Assembly: GCA_040901675.1 (NCBI GenBank)
Contig: JBBDYJ010000006.1
Location: forward strand, 125,288 to 189,287
Reading direction: 5' to 3'
Length of the DNA stretch: 64,000 nucleotides
Source: Pirellulales bacterium
GTDB lineage: Bacteria; Planctomycetota; Planctomycetia; Pirellulales; JAICIG01
Shown: one piece after another, positions 38,746 to 47,491 of the stretch
How the letters are laid out: each line of letters opens with the position of its first letter
How positions within the stretch are numbered: the first letter of the stretch is position 1
Made by a program: the position numbers and the translations under genes
The notes under the pieces: model-generated
Told to the model about the DNA's origin: nothing
Databases searched by the model: none
Seen by the model: only the letters and a program-made list of their open reading frames with translations

Positions 38746-39660
38746 TTACCCTGCGGCGGTGGTGGAGCGGACGAAGTCGATGAACCTGGTGCAGGCGGGG
38801 GGAAGACGCTCGGCGCGGCGGGTGAGAATGCCGGACTGAATCGGCCGGATCTGCTGGCCAAGGCCGCGGATGCCGACGCGGCGCGAGCGGGTGACGATGC
38901 CCGAAGGCAACAAGGGCACGATGGCAATGCCCAGGCCGGCCTCGACCATGCGGACGATGATCTCGGTGTTGGTCATCTCCATGTCGACCCGCGGCGAGAG
39001 GCCGGCGTCGTGGAAAGCATCGATCACGTGCTGCCGGCCGGTGCTGCCGCGCTCGAAGAGAATCAACGGCTCGTCGACCAGGTCGGCCAGCCGCAATCTT
39101 GGGCGCTTCAACAGGCGGTGCCGCGGGAGCGTGATCAGGCTCCACGCCATCGAGAAGAGGTGCGTGTACTCCAACTCGGGCGACGGCTCGTAGGGGGCGG
39201 CGACGCCGATCGTCACGTCGGAGTTGGATAGCAACTCGGCCTCGATTTCCTGCTCCGTCCGGCTGCTGAGACGCACGTGGATCTGAGGAAAGGCCGCGTG
39301 GAACTGCCGCACCGCGTCGATCAGCAGGTACTGCGTCAGATACTGGCTGGCGGCCACGTGGATTTCGCCTGCCGCCGTGGCGTTGAACAGCTCGCACAGC
39401 TCACGGGCCCGCTGGAGAAAGGCAGCGGCATGGGGCAGGAACCGCCGGCCGTGCTCGGTGAGCTGCGCCTGGCGGCGCTGGCCGCGGCGCTTGAGATAGA
39501 GCTCGACGCGGAGGCGGCCTTCAAGGGCCAGCAGGCGATTGCGCAGGCCTTGCTCGGTAATGTGCAGCCCTTCGGCGGCGGCGCGCAAGGTGCCCTGCCG
39601 AGCCAGTTCGACAAAGGCCGCCACCTGATCGGTCGAGAGCGACGGGTAGTCCGCGGTCAT
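38746..39660 (-). CDS. LysR family transcriptional regulator (CysB/Cbl-like effector domain)
   Basis: N-terminal HTH (TLRAAAEGLHITEQG); EPLILFERGSTGR..AF..AGLSPR; VEAGLGIAIVP. Confidence 0.92.
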   Translation of the reverse strand: MTADYPSLSTDQVAAFVELARQGTLRAAAEGLHITEQGLRNRLLALEGRLRVELYLKRRGQRRQAQLTEHGRRFLPHAAAFLQRARELCELFNATAAGEIHVAASQYLTQYLLIDAVRQFHAAFPQIHVRLSSRTEQEIEAELLSNSDVTIGVAAPYEPSPELEYTHLFSMAWSLITLPRHRLLKRPRLRLADLVDEPLILFERGSTGRQHVIDAFHDAGLSPRVDMEMTNTEIIVRMVEAGLGIAIVPLLPSGIVTRSRRVGIRGLGQQIRPIQSGILTRRAERLPPACTRFIDFVRSTTAAG

Positions 39661-39680
39661 GGCAGGGCGCCTTCCCCGAA

Positions 39681-39728
39681 ATACAACAATAAAGATTATT
39701 TACACTACAAGAAACAATTAATCTTATA
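39681..39728. promoter_or_regulatory. AT-rich divergent promoter with putative LysR box
   Basis: T-N11-A at 39690-39702; AAGATTA (39692-39698) / TAATCTT (39719-39725) inverted pair. Confidence 0.55.
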
Positions 39729-39825
39729 CAGCGCGGACGGGTACTCTTCCAGATAGAAGGCGTGCCGTGCGGGACATGACGGCCGCCACGACGATTGCTG
39801 GACCAGTTTCTGGAGGAGTAGCGCG

Positions 39826-40578
39826 ATGAGAACCGGGACGCTTTTGATGACGGGGCTGTTGATCCTGGGCGGCTGGCCGGCGTGGGCCAGCGATCCGGTG
39901 GGCATCTATGGGGTGGTGGAGCGGGTGGTGCTGGAAGGGGACGATTCCCAGCCCGAGCGAGTGCAATTGTGGGGCTGGTTCTCGACGGCGGTCCCCCAGA
40001 CGCGCGACGATTACGAAGCGCCCCAGGCCGGTTACTTATATTACGTCGCGGACGCAAAGACGCAGCGCGTCGCCCGCCGCGAGTGGCGCGACCTGGCCGA
40101 CGTCGCGGGCAACGGGCAGGTGGTCGCCTTTGCCAGCCGTTATGAGCCGGTGGGCAGCCTGCGCAAAGCGCACGAGCAGCCCGGCAAACCGGACGCATAT
40201 CCGGTGGCTGCCGGGATCACGGTGATTGAAGCCGACACGCAGCGGAAGCATGCGCCGATCGCGGCCCTGCGCGAAATACCACTGGCCCGGTTTCCGTTTC
40301 ACGCGGACAAGGTGGAGGCCGGCGAAGTGGAGCTGAAGGTCCGCAGCCTGCGTGGGACTTCGCACGACGGTGCCCGCTATATCTTCGAGATCGCCGACGA
40401 GCAATCGGGCCAGCGTGAAACCAGCGAGCCGATCGAACCCGGCGAAACCTACACCACCTGGACGCCCCGGATCGAGATCGAGGCAGGTAAGAGCTACGTA
40501 TGGCGGGTGCGGGCGGTTGACGGCCGGTGGAAGAGCCGGCGCGTCGAAACGCACTTCCAGGGAAAGACCGCTTCATGA
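39826..40578 (+). CDS. Hypothetical secreted protein with a beta-rich, Fn3-like C-terminus
   Basis: GGAGGAG RBS; signal peptide; GKSYVWRVRAVDG resembles an Fn3 strand. Confidence 0.8.
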   Translation: MRTGTLLMTGLLILGGWPAWASDPVGIYGVVERVVLEGDDSQPERVQLWGWFSTAVPQTRDDYEAPQAGYLYYVADAKTQRVARREWRDLADVAGNGQVVAFASRYEPVGSLRKAHEQPGKPDAYPVAAGITVIEADTQRKHAPIAALREIPLARFPFHADKVEAGEVELKVRSLRGTSHDGARYIFEIADEQSGQRETSEPIEPGETYTTWTPRIEIEAGKSYVWRVRAVDGRWKSRRVETHFQGKTAS

Positions 40579-41798
40579 GCCCGGCCAGCCTGCGTCGAAG
40601 CCGGCGGCGCGGCACGCGCGCCGCGCTCGTGGGTGAACGGCCCGCGCTGGAAGCGGTCCCAAGCTGGAGATCCCGCGCGGCGAGGAGCAAGCAGCGTTGG
40701 GCCGCGCCGGGGCGGTGTTTCGACCCCGAAACCGCCCGGGCACGTCGCTGGGACAGGCTATTCGTGTTGTTGGCGGCGGCGCATGGCCTGCTCGTGTTTG
40801 CAATACCGTCAGTTGCGATGATTGGATTGGGCCTGTGGTGGAACTCGAACACCATTTCGCACAACTTCGTCCATCGGCCGTTTTTCCGGCGGCGATGGGC
40901 CAACGGCGTGTTCTCGCTCTACTTGAGCGGCCTGCTGGGAATTCCGCAGAGCCTCTGGCGGGCACGGCACCTGGCACATCATGCCGGGCGGCGGTGCCGG
41001 CTGAAATCCACGCGACTCCTGCTGGCGGAGATTGCCGTGGTGTCTGCGATTTGGACGGCGATGGCCTGGACTTCATCGACATTCTGGTGGACCGTCTACG
41101 CGCCCGGCTACCTGCTGGGGCTGACGTTGTCCGCGGTACACGGGCACTATGAACATCGCGGCGGCACCACCAGCCATCACGGCAAGCTCTATAACTGGTT
41201 GTTCTTCAACGACGGATATCACGTCGAGCACCATGCCAGCCCGGGCCGTCATTGGTCGCGGCTGCCGCAGCGGGTGGCGGCAGAGGGGCGCCGCAGCCGC
41301 TGGCCCGCCGTGCTGCGGTGGTTGGAGCTGTTTTCGCTGGACGGCCTGGAGCGCGCCGTGCTCGGTTGGGGACCGATCGAGCAATTCCTGGTGGCCCGGC
41401 ACGAGCGGGCCATCGGGCGCCTGCTGGCCGGCGCCGGCCGGATCGAGCGGGTGGCCATCGTGGGTGGTGGATTGTTTCCGCGCAGCGTGCTGGCGGTACG
41501 GCGCGTGCTGCCCGATGCGCGGCTGGCCGTGATTGATGCCAGCCAGGAGAACCTGGACATCGCCCGCCGGTATCTGACGGGGCCTGTGGAGTGGATCCAT
41601 GCCTGGTACGATCGCCGACGGCATTCGGACTTCGACCTGGTGGTGATCCCGCTGGCGTTTGTGGGCGACCGGCAGGCCATCTACCGCGATCCGCCGGCGC
41701 CCGCGGTGCTGGTGCACGACTGGATCTGGCGGCGGCGAGGGCGCGGGACGATTGTTTCGCTCTTGCTGCTCAAGCGGTTGAACCTGGTGCGCCCATGA
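40575..41798 (+). CDS. Histidine-box membrane desaturase/hydroxylase fused to a Rossmann/SAM-binding-like domain
   Basis: His boxes HNFVH, HLAHH, HVEHH with TM helices; C-terminal VAIVGGGLFP...VIDAS; ATGA overlaps at both ends. Confidence 0.8.
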   Translation: MSPASLRRSRRRGTRAALVGERPALEAVPSWRSRAARSKQRWAAPGRCFDPETARARRWDRLFVLLAAAHGLLVFAIPSVAMIGLGLWWNSNTISHNFVHRPFFRRRWANGVFSLYLSGLLGIPQSLWRARHLAHHAGRRCRLKSTRLLLAEIAVVSAIWTAMAWTSSTFWWTVYAPGYLLGLTLSAVHGHYEHRGGTTSHHGKLYNWLFFNDGYHVEHHASPGRHWSRLPQRVAAEGRRSRWPAVLRWLELFSLDGLERAVLGWGPIEQFLVARHERAIGRLLAGAGRIERVAIVGGGLFPRSVLAVRRVLPDARLAVIDASQENLDIARRYLTGPVEWIHAWYDRRRHSDFDLVVIPLAFVGDRQAIYRDPPAPAVLVHDWIWRRRGRGTIVSLLLLKRLNLVRP

Positions 41799-43522
41799 GG
41801 TGGGCCAGCTTGCTGGCGGTGTTTGCGGCCGCCAAGCTGCTGCTGCTCTGGGACCGCCGCATCGAATGGTCCGCATGGACGCCGATCGCCTACTTCTGGC
41901 AGGATGCAGCGGTTGCCCTGCTGTTCGCCCTTCTCGACCGCTTCGCCCGGCGCGCGTGGCTGGGTTGGACGCTCTACGCGTTGGCGGCCGGCTACGCGGC
42001 CATCAACGTACCGATCGCCCGAGCCATCTCGTCGCCCCTGACGTGGCCCATGCTGCGGGCCGTACACGGGACGCTGGCCGACTCGATCATTCACTACGCC
42101 ACTTGGGGCAACCTGGCCGCCCTGCTGGCGATGGGGGCAGCGGCCGTTGGGTTTCCCATCGTCTTCTACCGCGCCGGCGCGGATCGATGGGCGGCAGCGC
42201 CGCTGGCACTCGTGCCGCTGGCCGCGCTGGGGCCGTTTGCCTCGGCGCGGGTCGAGACTCTGGGACTGGAGCGCAATCCGCTGGCCGCGCTGGCGCTGAC
42301 GGCCATGCCGCGTGTGGCCGCCACCAGCGTGGTGCGCGACTGGCGGGCCAGCCCGCTGGAAACGATCGAGCGCGACGAGCTGTCGCACTACCGCGGAACG
42401 TGTTCCGGCCGCAACGTGATGCTGGTCGTCCTGGAATCGGCCGCGGCCTGCTATCTGCGGCCGTACGGAGCCGCCCAGGACCCGATGCCGAATTTAACGC
42501 GGCTGGCCGGCGAGGGATTGCTGGTCGAGAACGCCTACGTGGTTTATCCGGAGAGCATCAAGGGCCTGTTTGCCCTGCTGACTTCCACTTATCCGGCGTT
42601 TGATACGGCACCGGAAGAGTACGAGCGTGCCGGCGAATCTTCGTTGGCGACTCAGCTTGCCGGTGAAGGCTACCGCACCGGGCTGTTTCACTCCGGCCGG
42701 TTCATGTACTTGGGGATGGAGGCGATCATCCGCGGGCGCGGATTCGAGACGCTTGAAGACGCTGGTGACATAGGGGGGAACCAGGAATCGAGCTTTGGCG
42801 TGGACGAGCGGGCCACCGTCGAGCGGATGCTCGCCTGGATCGATGCGGACCCGCAAGATCGGCCGTTTTTCATCACGTACCTGCCGATCGCCGGACATCA
42901 TCCGTATGCCACTCCCGAGCCGGGGCCGTTCGGCGGCGGCGAAGAAATCGACCAGTATCGCAACGCGCTAGACTACGCCGACCAGGCGCTGGGCGAGTTG
43001 CTGGCGGGTTTTGGCGAAAGAGGGCTGGAGCGGGAAACGTTGCTGGTCGTCCTGGGCGACCACGGTCAGGCGTTCGGCCAGCACGAGGGGAATCACGGCC
43101 ACACGCTGTTTCTGTACGAGGAGAACGTCCACGTGCCGTTGGTGATCTGGGCGCCCGGCGCGCTGGCGGGGCCGGCCAGGATGAGCGGCGTGGCCAGCGG
43201 GGTCGATATCGCGCCAACGGTCCTGGACCTGTTGGGACTGGGGGCGCCGGCGGGGTACCAGGGGCGATCGCTGCTGCAGGGCTCGCCCGGCATGGCCTTG
43301 TTCTTTACCGATTACTCATTGGGGTTCGTGGGGCTGCGGGACGGCCGCTGGAAATTCATCCATCAACTCGACGACGGCCGCTCCAAGCTGTTCGACGTCG
43401 CCAGCGACCCGGCCGAGCGGGTGAACCTGGCCGGGCGCCATCCCCAGCGCGCGGCCGCGTATCGCCGGCATCTGCTCGATTGGTTGGGCGCCCAGCGGGG
43501 ATTGATTCAGCGGGGAGGTTAG
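41795..43522 (+). CDS. LTA synthase-like (alkaline phosphatase superfamily) membrane transferase
   Basis: About 5 N-terminal TMs; VVLES, YPESIKG, GHHPY, GDHG, HVPL, DIAPT; no CxPxR. Confidence 0.85.
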   Translation: MRWASLLAVFAAAKLLLLWDRRIEWSAWTPIAYFWQDAAVALLFALLDRFARRAWLGWTLYALAAGYAAINVPIARAISSPLTWPMLRAVHGTLADSIIHYATWGNLAALLAMGAAAVGFPIVFYRAGADRWAAAPLALVPLAALGPFASARVETLGLERNPLAALALTAMPRVAATSVVRDWRASPLETIERDELSHYRGTCSGRNVMLVVLESAAACYLRPYGAAQDPMPNLTRLAGEGLLVENAYVVYPESIKGLFALLTSTYPAFDTAPEEYERAGESSLATQLAGEGYRTGLFHSGRFMYLGMEAIIRGRGFETLEDAGDIGGNQESSFGVDERATVERMLAWIDADPQDRPFFITYLPIAGHHPYATPEPGPFGGGEEIDQYRNALDYADQALGELLAGFGERGLERETLLVVLGDHGQAFGQHEGNHGHTLFLYEENVHVPLVIWAPGALAGPARMSGVASGVDIAPTVLDLLGLGAPAGYQGRSLLQGSPGMALFFTDYSLGFVGLRDGRWKFIHQLDDGRSKLFDVASDPAERVNLAGRHPQRAAAYRRHLLDWLGAQRGLIQRGG

Positions 43523-43527
43523 AAACG

Positions 43528-43755
43528 TCAGGCCCAGTCGCGGCCGGTCTCGCGCTTGATGCGCTCGGCGAAGTCGCCCAACAAGCCGCCGATGATGTCC
43601 CAGCGGTCCTGGCGGCGCAGCTCGATGTCGCCCTGCGGGTTGATCCGCACCAGGCTGTCGTCGGTCACTCCCAGCTCGCGGAGCTGCTCGGGGTCGACTT
43701 CGTCCGACTGAACCACGCTCAACAGGGACTTGCCCGACATTTCGATGAATTGCAT
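43528..43755 (-). CDS. Small hypothetical protein (75 aa)
   Basis: MQFIEMSGK...RINPQGDIELRR..WDIIGGLLG..TGRDWA; strong coding bias. Confidence 0.75.
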   Translation of the reverse strand: MQFIEMSGKSLLSVVQSDEVDPEQLRELGVTDDSLVRINPQGDIELRRQDRWDIIGGLLGDFAERIKRETGRDWA

Positions 43756-43887
43756 GGCGTTGTTCTCAGTTCCGCTCGACGACCAAGCACTCCGTGCCGA
43801 AGGCTCGCGATGATAACCTGCCCATGATAGATTGGGCCATGGCCGGTGAGAAGCGGTGACGAGCACGTTAAGGGAGGCCGGACGAAA

Positions 43888-44730
43888 GTGCAAGGTGCAG
43901 GCGGCAATGGTCGGCTGCGGCTGCTGGTGCTGGCCGCCCATCCGGACGACGCGGAGTTCCATGCCGGCGGGCTGGCCGCGATCTACCGCGAGGCGGGCCA
44001 TGCCGTCCGTTTTGTCTCTTTGACCAACGGCGACGCCGGACACCACCAGTTGTCGGGGACCGAACTGGCCCGACGGCGCAAGGCCGAGGCCCAACAGGCG
44101 GCCGCGGTGATCGGCGCGGAAGCCGACGTGTGGGATCACCACGATGGGCGGCTGGAGCCGACGCTCGAGCTGCGCTGGCAGGTGGTGCGGGCGATTCGGA
44201 GCTTTGCTCCGGACCTCGTGCTGACGCACCGCACCAGCGATTACCACCCGGATCATCGGGCCGTCGGCCACGTGGTCCGCGACGCATCGTACCTGGTGAC
44301 CGTGCCGGCGCTCGTGCCCGACGTGCCCTGCCTGCGGCGCGATCCGGTGGTGGCTTACCTGAACGACCGCTTTACCAGGCCGGCGCCCCTGGCCGGCGAC
44401 GTGGTGATCGACGTGGGACGGCAGGTGGAAAAAATCGTCGATATGCTGGCCTGCCACGTCTCGCAGGTTTTCGAGTGGCTGCCCTACAACGTCCAAGCGG
44501 GCCAAGTGCCCAGCGAGGCCGGCGCCCGGCGCGGCTGGCTGCGCAACTGGTATCTCCACCTGTTGCGGCCGACAGCCGAGCGATACCGTCGAGAGTTGAT
44601 CGCGGCCTACGGCGAGCCGCAGGCCGGAGCGATCGAATATGCCGAGGCGTACGAGATCAGCGAGTATGCTTCCCCGCTCGACATGGAGGCCCGCCGCAGG
44701 TTGTTTTGGTTCTTGCCCGAGTCGACTTAG
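43888..44730 (+). CDS. PIG-L family deacetylase
   Basis: AHPDDAE, LTNGDAG, RRKAEA, HPDHR; start uncertain. Confidence 0.92.
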   Translation: MQGAGGNGRLRLLVLAAHPDDAEFHAGGLAAIYREAGHAVRFVSLTNGDAGHHQLSGTELARRRKAEAQQAAAVIGAEADVWDHHDGRLEPTLELRWQVVRAIRSFAPDLVLTHRTSDYHPDHRAVGHVVRDASYLVTVPALVPDVPCLRRDPVVAYLNDRFTRPAPLAGDVVIDVGRQVEKIVDMLACHVSQVFEWLPYNVQAGQVPSEAGARRGWLRNWYLHLLRPTAERYRRELIAAYGEPQAGAIEYAEAYEISEYASPLDMEARRRLFWFLPEST

Positions 44731-44751
44731 CAGTCTTGAGGGGGAGGCGGC

Positions 44752-45918
44752 ATGATGGGCGGAAGCCAGGAGCGGCTCGAGGCCGGCGCGGAAGACTGGC
44801 AGAGCTTGCGAGACCAGATGCCGTTGGCCGACACGTGGGCCTGTTTCGACCATGCCGCCGTAGCGCCGATCTCAGGGCCGGCGCGCGACGTGATGGCGGC
44901 CTGGGCCAACGACCTGGCCGAGAACGGGGCCGCCAACTCGGCGGCGTGGGGCCGCAGGCTGGAAGAAACCCGCCGTCGCGGGGCATCGCTGCTGGGGGCC
45001 GATCCGGCCGAGATTGCACTGATCCGCAACACGACCGAGGGAATCAACCTGGTGGCGGAGGGGTTTCCATGGCGGCAGGGGGACAACGTAGTGACGCTGG
45101 CCGACGAGTTTCCCTCGAACCAGTATCCGTGGATGCACCTCGAAGGGCGCGGCGTCGAGACGCGGCGGGTGGCGGTCGATGGCGGGCGGGTGAGCCTCGA
45201 CGACGTGCGGGCGGCTTGCGACCAGCGCACGCGGGTCGTGTCGATCAGTTGGGTCGGTTATGCGAGCGGTTGGCGCAACGACCTGGACGCGCTGCTGGAG
45301 ATTGCCCATGGAGCCGGCGCGTATTTGTTTCTGGACGCCATCCAGGGGCTCGGCGTTTTCGAGCTGGACGTGCGGCGGACCGCGATCGACTTTCTGGCCG
45401 CCGACGGGCACAAGTGGCTGCTGGGGCCCGAAGGCGCGGGCCTCTTTTACCTGCGCCGCGAACACCTTGAGCTGTTGCGGCCCATCGGGCTGGGGTGGAA
45501 CAGCGTCGTCGAGGCCCACGACTTCAGCCACATTGAGCTGGCGGTCAAGCCGTCGGCCGGGCGCTACGAGGGGGGCACGTATAACGTGGCGGGATTGGCG
45601 GCGCTCGGCGCCAGCCTGGAGCTGCTGGGCCGCTATCCGCAGCCCGCGATTGCCAGCCGAGTGCTGGAGGTCACCGATCTGGTGTGCGAGCGGTTATCGC
45701 GGATGGGGGCCAACGTGCTGAGCTGCCGCGAGCGGGAGCATGCCAGCGGGATTGTGGCCTTCGATTTGCCGGGCCGCGATCCGATCGAGGTCCGCAAGCG
45801 GTGCCGGGAGCAGAAGGTGTTGCTGAGCAGCCGCGCAGGCAAGTTGCGCGTCAGCCCGCACGCCTATACGAACAACGACGACATCGAACGGTTGATCGGC
45901 GTGCTCGAATCGGAGTAA
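44752..45918 (+). CDS. Class V PLP-dependent aminotransferase (cysteine desulfurase-like fold)
   Basis: FDHAAVAP, NTTEG, DAIQG, DGHKWLLGPEG, RYEGGT, RVSPH. Confidence 0.9.
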   Translation: MMGGSQERLEAGAEDWQSLRDQMPLADTWACFDHAAVAPISGPARDVMAAWANDLAENGAANSAAWGRRLEETRRRGASLLGADPAEIALIRNTTEGINLVAEGFPWRQGDNVVTLADEFPSNQYPWMHLEGRGVETRRVAVDGGRVSLDDVRAACDQRTRVVSISWVGYASGWRNDLDALLEIAHGAGAYLFLDAIQGLGVFELDVRRTAIDFLAADGHKWLLGPEGAGLFYLRREHLELLRPIGLGWNSVVEAHDFSHIELAVKPSAGRYEGGTYNVAGLAALGASLELLGRYPQPAIASRVLEVTDLVCERLSRMGANVLSCREREHASGIVAFDLPGRDPIEVRKRCREQKVLLSSRAGKLRVSPHAYTNNDDIERLIGVLESE

Positions 45919-45931
45919 GGGGGGGCTGCGA

Positions 45932-46022
45932 AACGGAATGAAATTGCGTTCTACGATGCTAAACGGATGAAACGGAATAAAATTCCGTTCTACGGTACGA
46001 AACGGAATAAATTCCGTTCTAC
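45932..46022. repeat. Three REP-like palindromes AACGGAAT-N-ATTCCGTT-CTAC
   Basis: Units at 45932, 45971 and 46001; GTAG tetranucleotide on the minus strand. Confidence 0.85.
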
Positions 46023-46691
46023 GACGAGGGCGTATTGCGTGGGGTCGGGCAGCTCGGCAACCTGGAAGGCGGCCCGGCGCTCAGCGCACTTGTTGCAGGC
46101 CCCGCAGTGCAGGCCCCGGCAAGGATTGAGACAGGAAAAGGTGAGCTCCAGAGGGCGGCCGCGTCCCAACTCCATCACCTGCCGTTTGGTCAAGGTTGAA
46201 AACGGGCGGACGATACGCACATGGCCCAAGGTGGCCTGGTTCAGGGCCGACTCGAATTGTTCGAAGAAGTCGGCCGTGGCGTCGGCAAACGGGTTGCCCG
46301 ACAAAGGGGCCAGGGCGAGCTGGCTGATGCCGTTGAGCTGGCACCAAAGGGCCGCCTTGATGACCAACAGGGGGTTGCGGCCCGGCAGGTAAACCGCGTC
46401 GTCGGGCGAAGCCGCGTCGGGCACGTGGCGGCCGCTCACGCTCCAGTGGTCGGGACCGTAAACGTCGGCCAGCGGCAGTTCGAGAACGGCCAGCGGGGCC
46501 AACTGCCGCGAGCGGAGGGCCCGCAGAAAACGCCGCAGCGCCATCAACTCGCACTGCTGCCAGACCAGGCCGGAACGGATGTAGAAGGGTTGCACCCGCC
46601 GGCCGCCGGCCAAGAAGTGTGCCAGCAGGATCGAGCTGTCGAGGCCGCCACTGGCGAGCAGGCCGATCGGCGGGTCGGTTCGGGTTGGCAT
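45990..46691 (-). CDS. queC: 7-cyano-7-deazaguanine synthase (QueC family)
   Basis: SGGLDS PP-loop, YLPGRN, TFSC..P...HCGACNKC Zn site. Confidence 0.88.
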   Translation of the reverse strand: MPTRTDPPIGLLASGGLDSSILLAHFLAGGRRVQPFYIRSGLVWQQCELMALRRFLRALRSRQLAPLAVLELPLADVYGPDHWSVSGRHVPDAASPDDAVYLPGRNPLLVIKAALWCQLNGISQLALAPLSGNPFADATADFFEQFESALNQATLGHVRIVRPFSTLTKRQVMELGRGRPLELTFSCLNPCRGLHCGACNKCAERRAAFQVAELPDPTQYALVVERNLFRFVP

Positions 46692-46782
46692 AAAGGCCCA
46701 GCAGAGGGTCAAAAGCGCGTGGGGCCATTGTACTGCCCCGTTGAAGGGGATTTTATTGCGTTTCCCGGTTTTCGCTAAGGAT

Positions 46783-46823
46783 AACGGAATGAATTCCGTC
46801 GGTCAGCTAACGGAATGATTCCG
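46783..46823. repeat. Two further AACGGAAT-ATTCCG palindromes
   Basis: AACGGAATGAATTCCGT (46783) and AACGGAATGATTCCG (46809). Confidence 0.75.
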
Positions 46824-47048
46824 CTTGGACATCCGGCCTTGCTGGGGGGGCGGGGGATAAGCTAAACTCCCGCCGCTTCGACCTTTCCCTAAGCGCCAAC
46901 ACGGCAAAACCGGCCCCGCTCGAACCGGGGGCATTTTGGCCTGCGCCCGGGTCCGGATTCGGGGCATTTTCCTTGAAATGGAATTGGCGGCTCTTAGAAT
47001 GTGGTTAAGGGCTCCAATTCCCTTAGTCCCAAGCTGTTGGGGTGAGCT

Positions 47049-47393
47049 ATGAAGGCCGCGGTGATTGGAGCGTTGATTGGAGCAGGTCTGACAGCGGTGG
47101 CTTTTGGCGAACCGGTTGGTGCGCCACGAGCCGCGGCGCAACAAGCATCACCGTATGAGGTTGGCGCGAGCCACGACTTGATCGCCTTGTCGGCCCCGGG
47201 CGCGGACAACCATCTGCTGCTCACGATTGTGGACGCCAAGGCGAAGGTGGTAAGCGTGTACCAGGTCGACAGGGCCAACGGCGAGATTGCCTTGAAGAGC
47301 GTCCGCGACATCAACTGGGACCTGCGGATGATGGAGTTTAACGGGGTCAGACCCCTACCGCACGAAATACGCTCGCTCGTCGAACAACGTTAA
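47049..47393 (+). CDS. Hypothetical exported protein
   Basis: Signal peptide; VYQVDRANGEIALKSVRDINWDL. Confidence 0.75.
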   Translation: MKAAVIGALIGAGLTAVAFGEPVGAPRAAAQQASPYEVGASHDLIALSAPGADNHLLLTIVDAKAKVVSVYQVDRANGEIALKSVRDINWDLRMMEFNGVRPLPHEIRSLVEQR

Positions 47394-47491
47394 CCGTCGC
47401 GTTCGGTGCGGCCATGGCACGCCCGGCGGACGGCACCATGTCGCGGTTGGCCCAAGACCCATAGCCACCCGACACAGCCCCGGAGACCCGC

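Noticed and set aside
41795..43522. Formylglycine-dependent sulfatase
   Set aside because: No C/SxPxR motif; N-terminal TM bundle and metal motifs fit the LtaS-like branch
45932..46022. Possible mini CRISPR array
   Set aside because: Units are about 22 nt with short irregular spacers (16 and 7 nt), dispersed copies occur elsewhere, and there are no cas genes; fits REP-like elements
45990..46691. QueC-like anti-phage defence gene (Qat or CBASS type IV)
   Set aside because: Normal QueC length and no TatD, ATPase, cyclase or TGT neighbours
46692..46800. preQ1 riboswitch upstream of queC
   Set aside because: No matching stem-loop with an A-rich tail in the minus-strand leader
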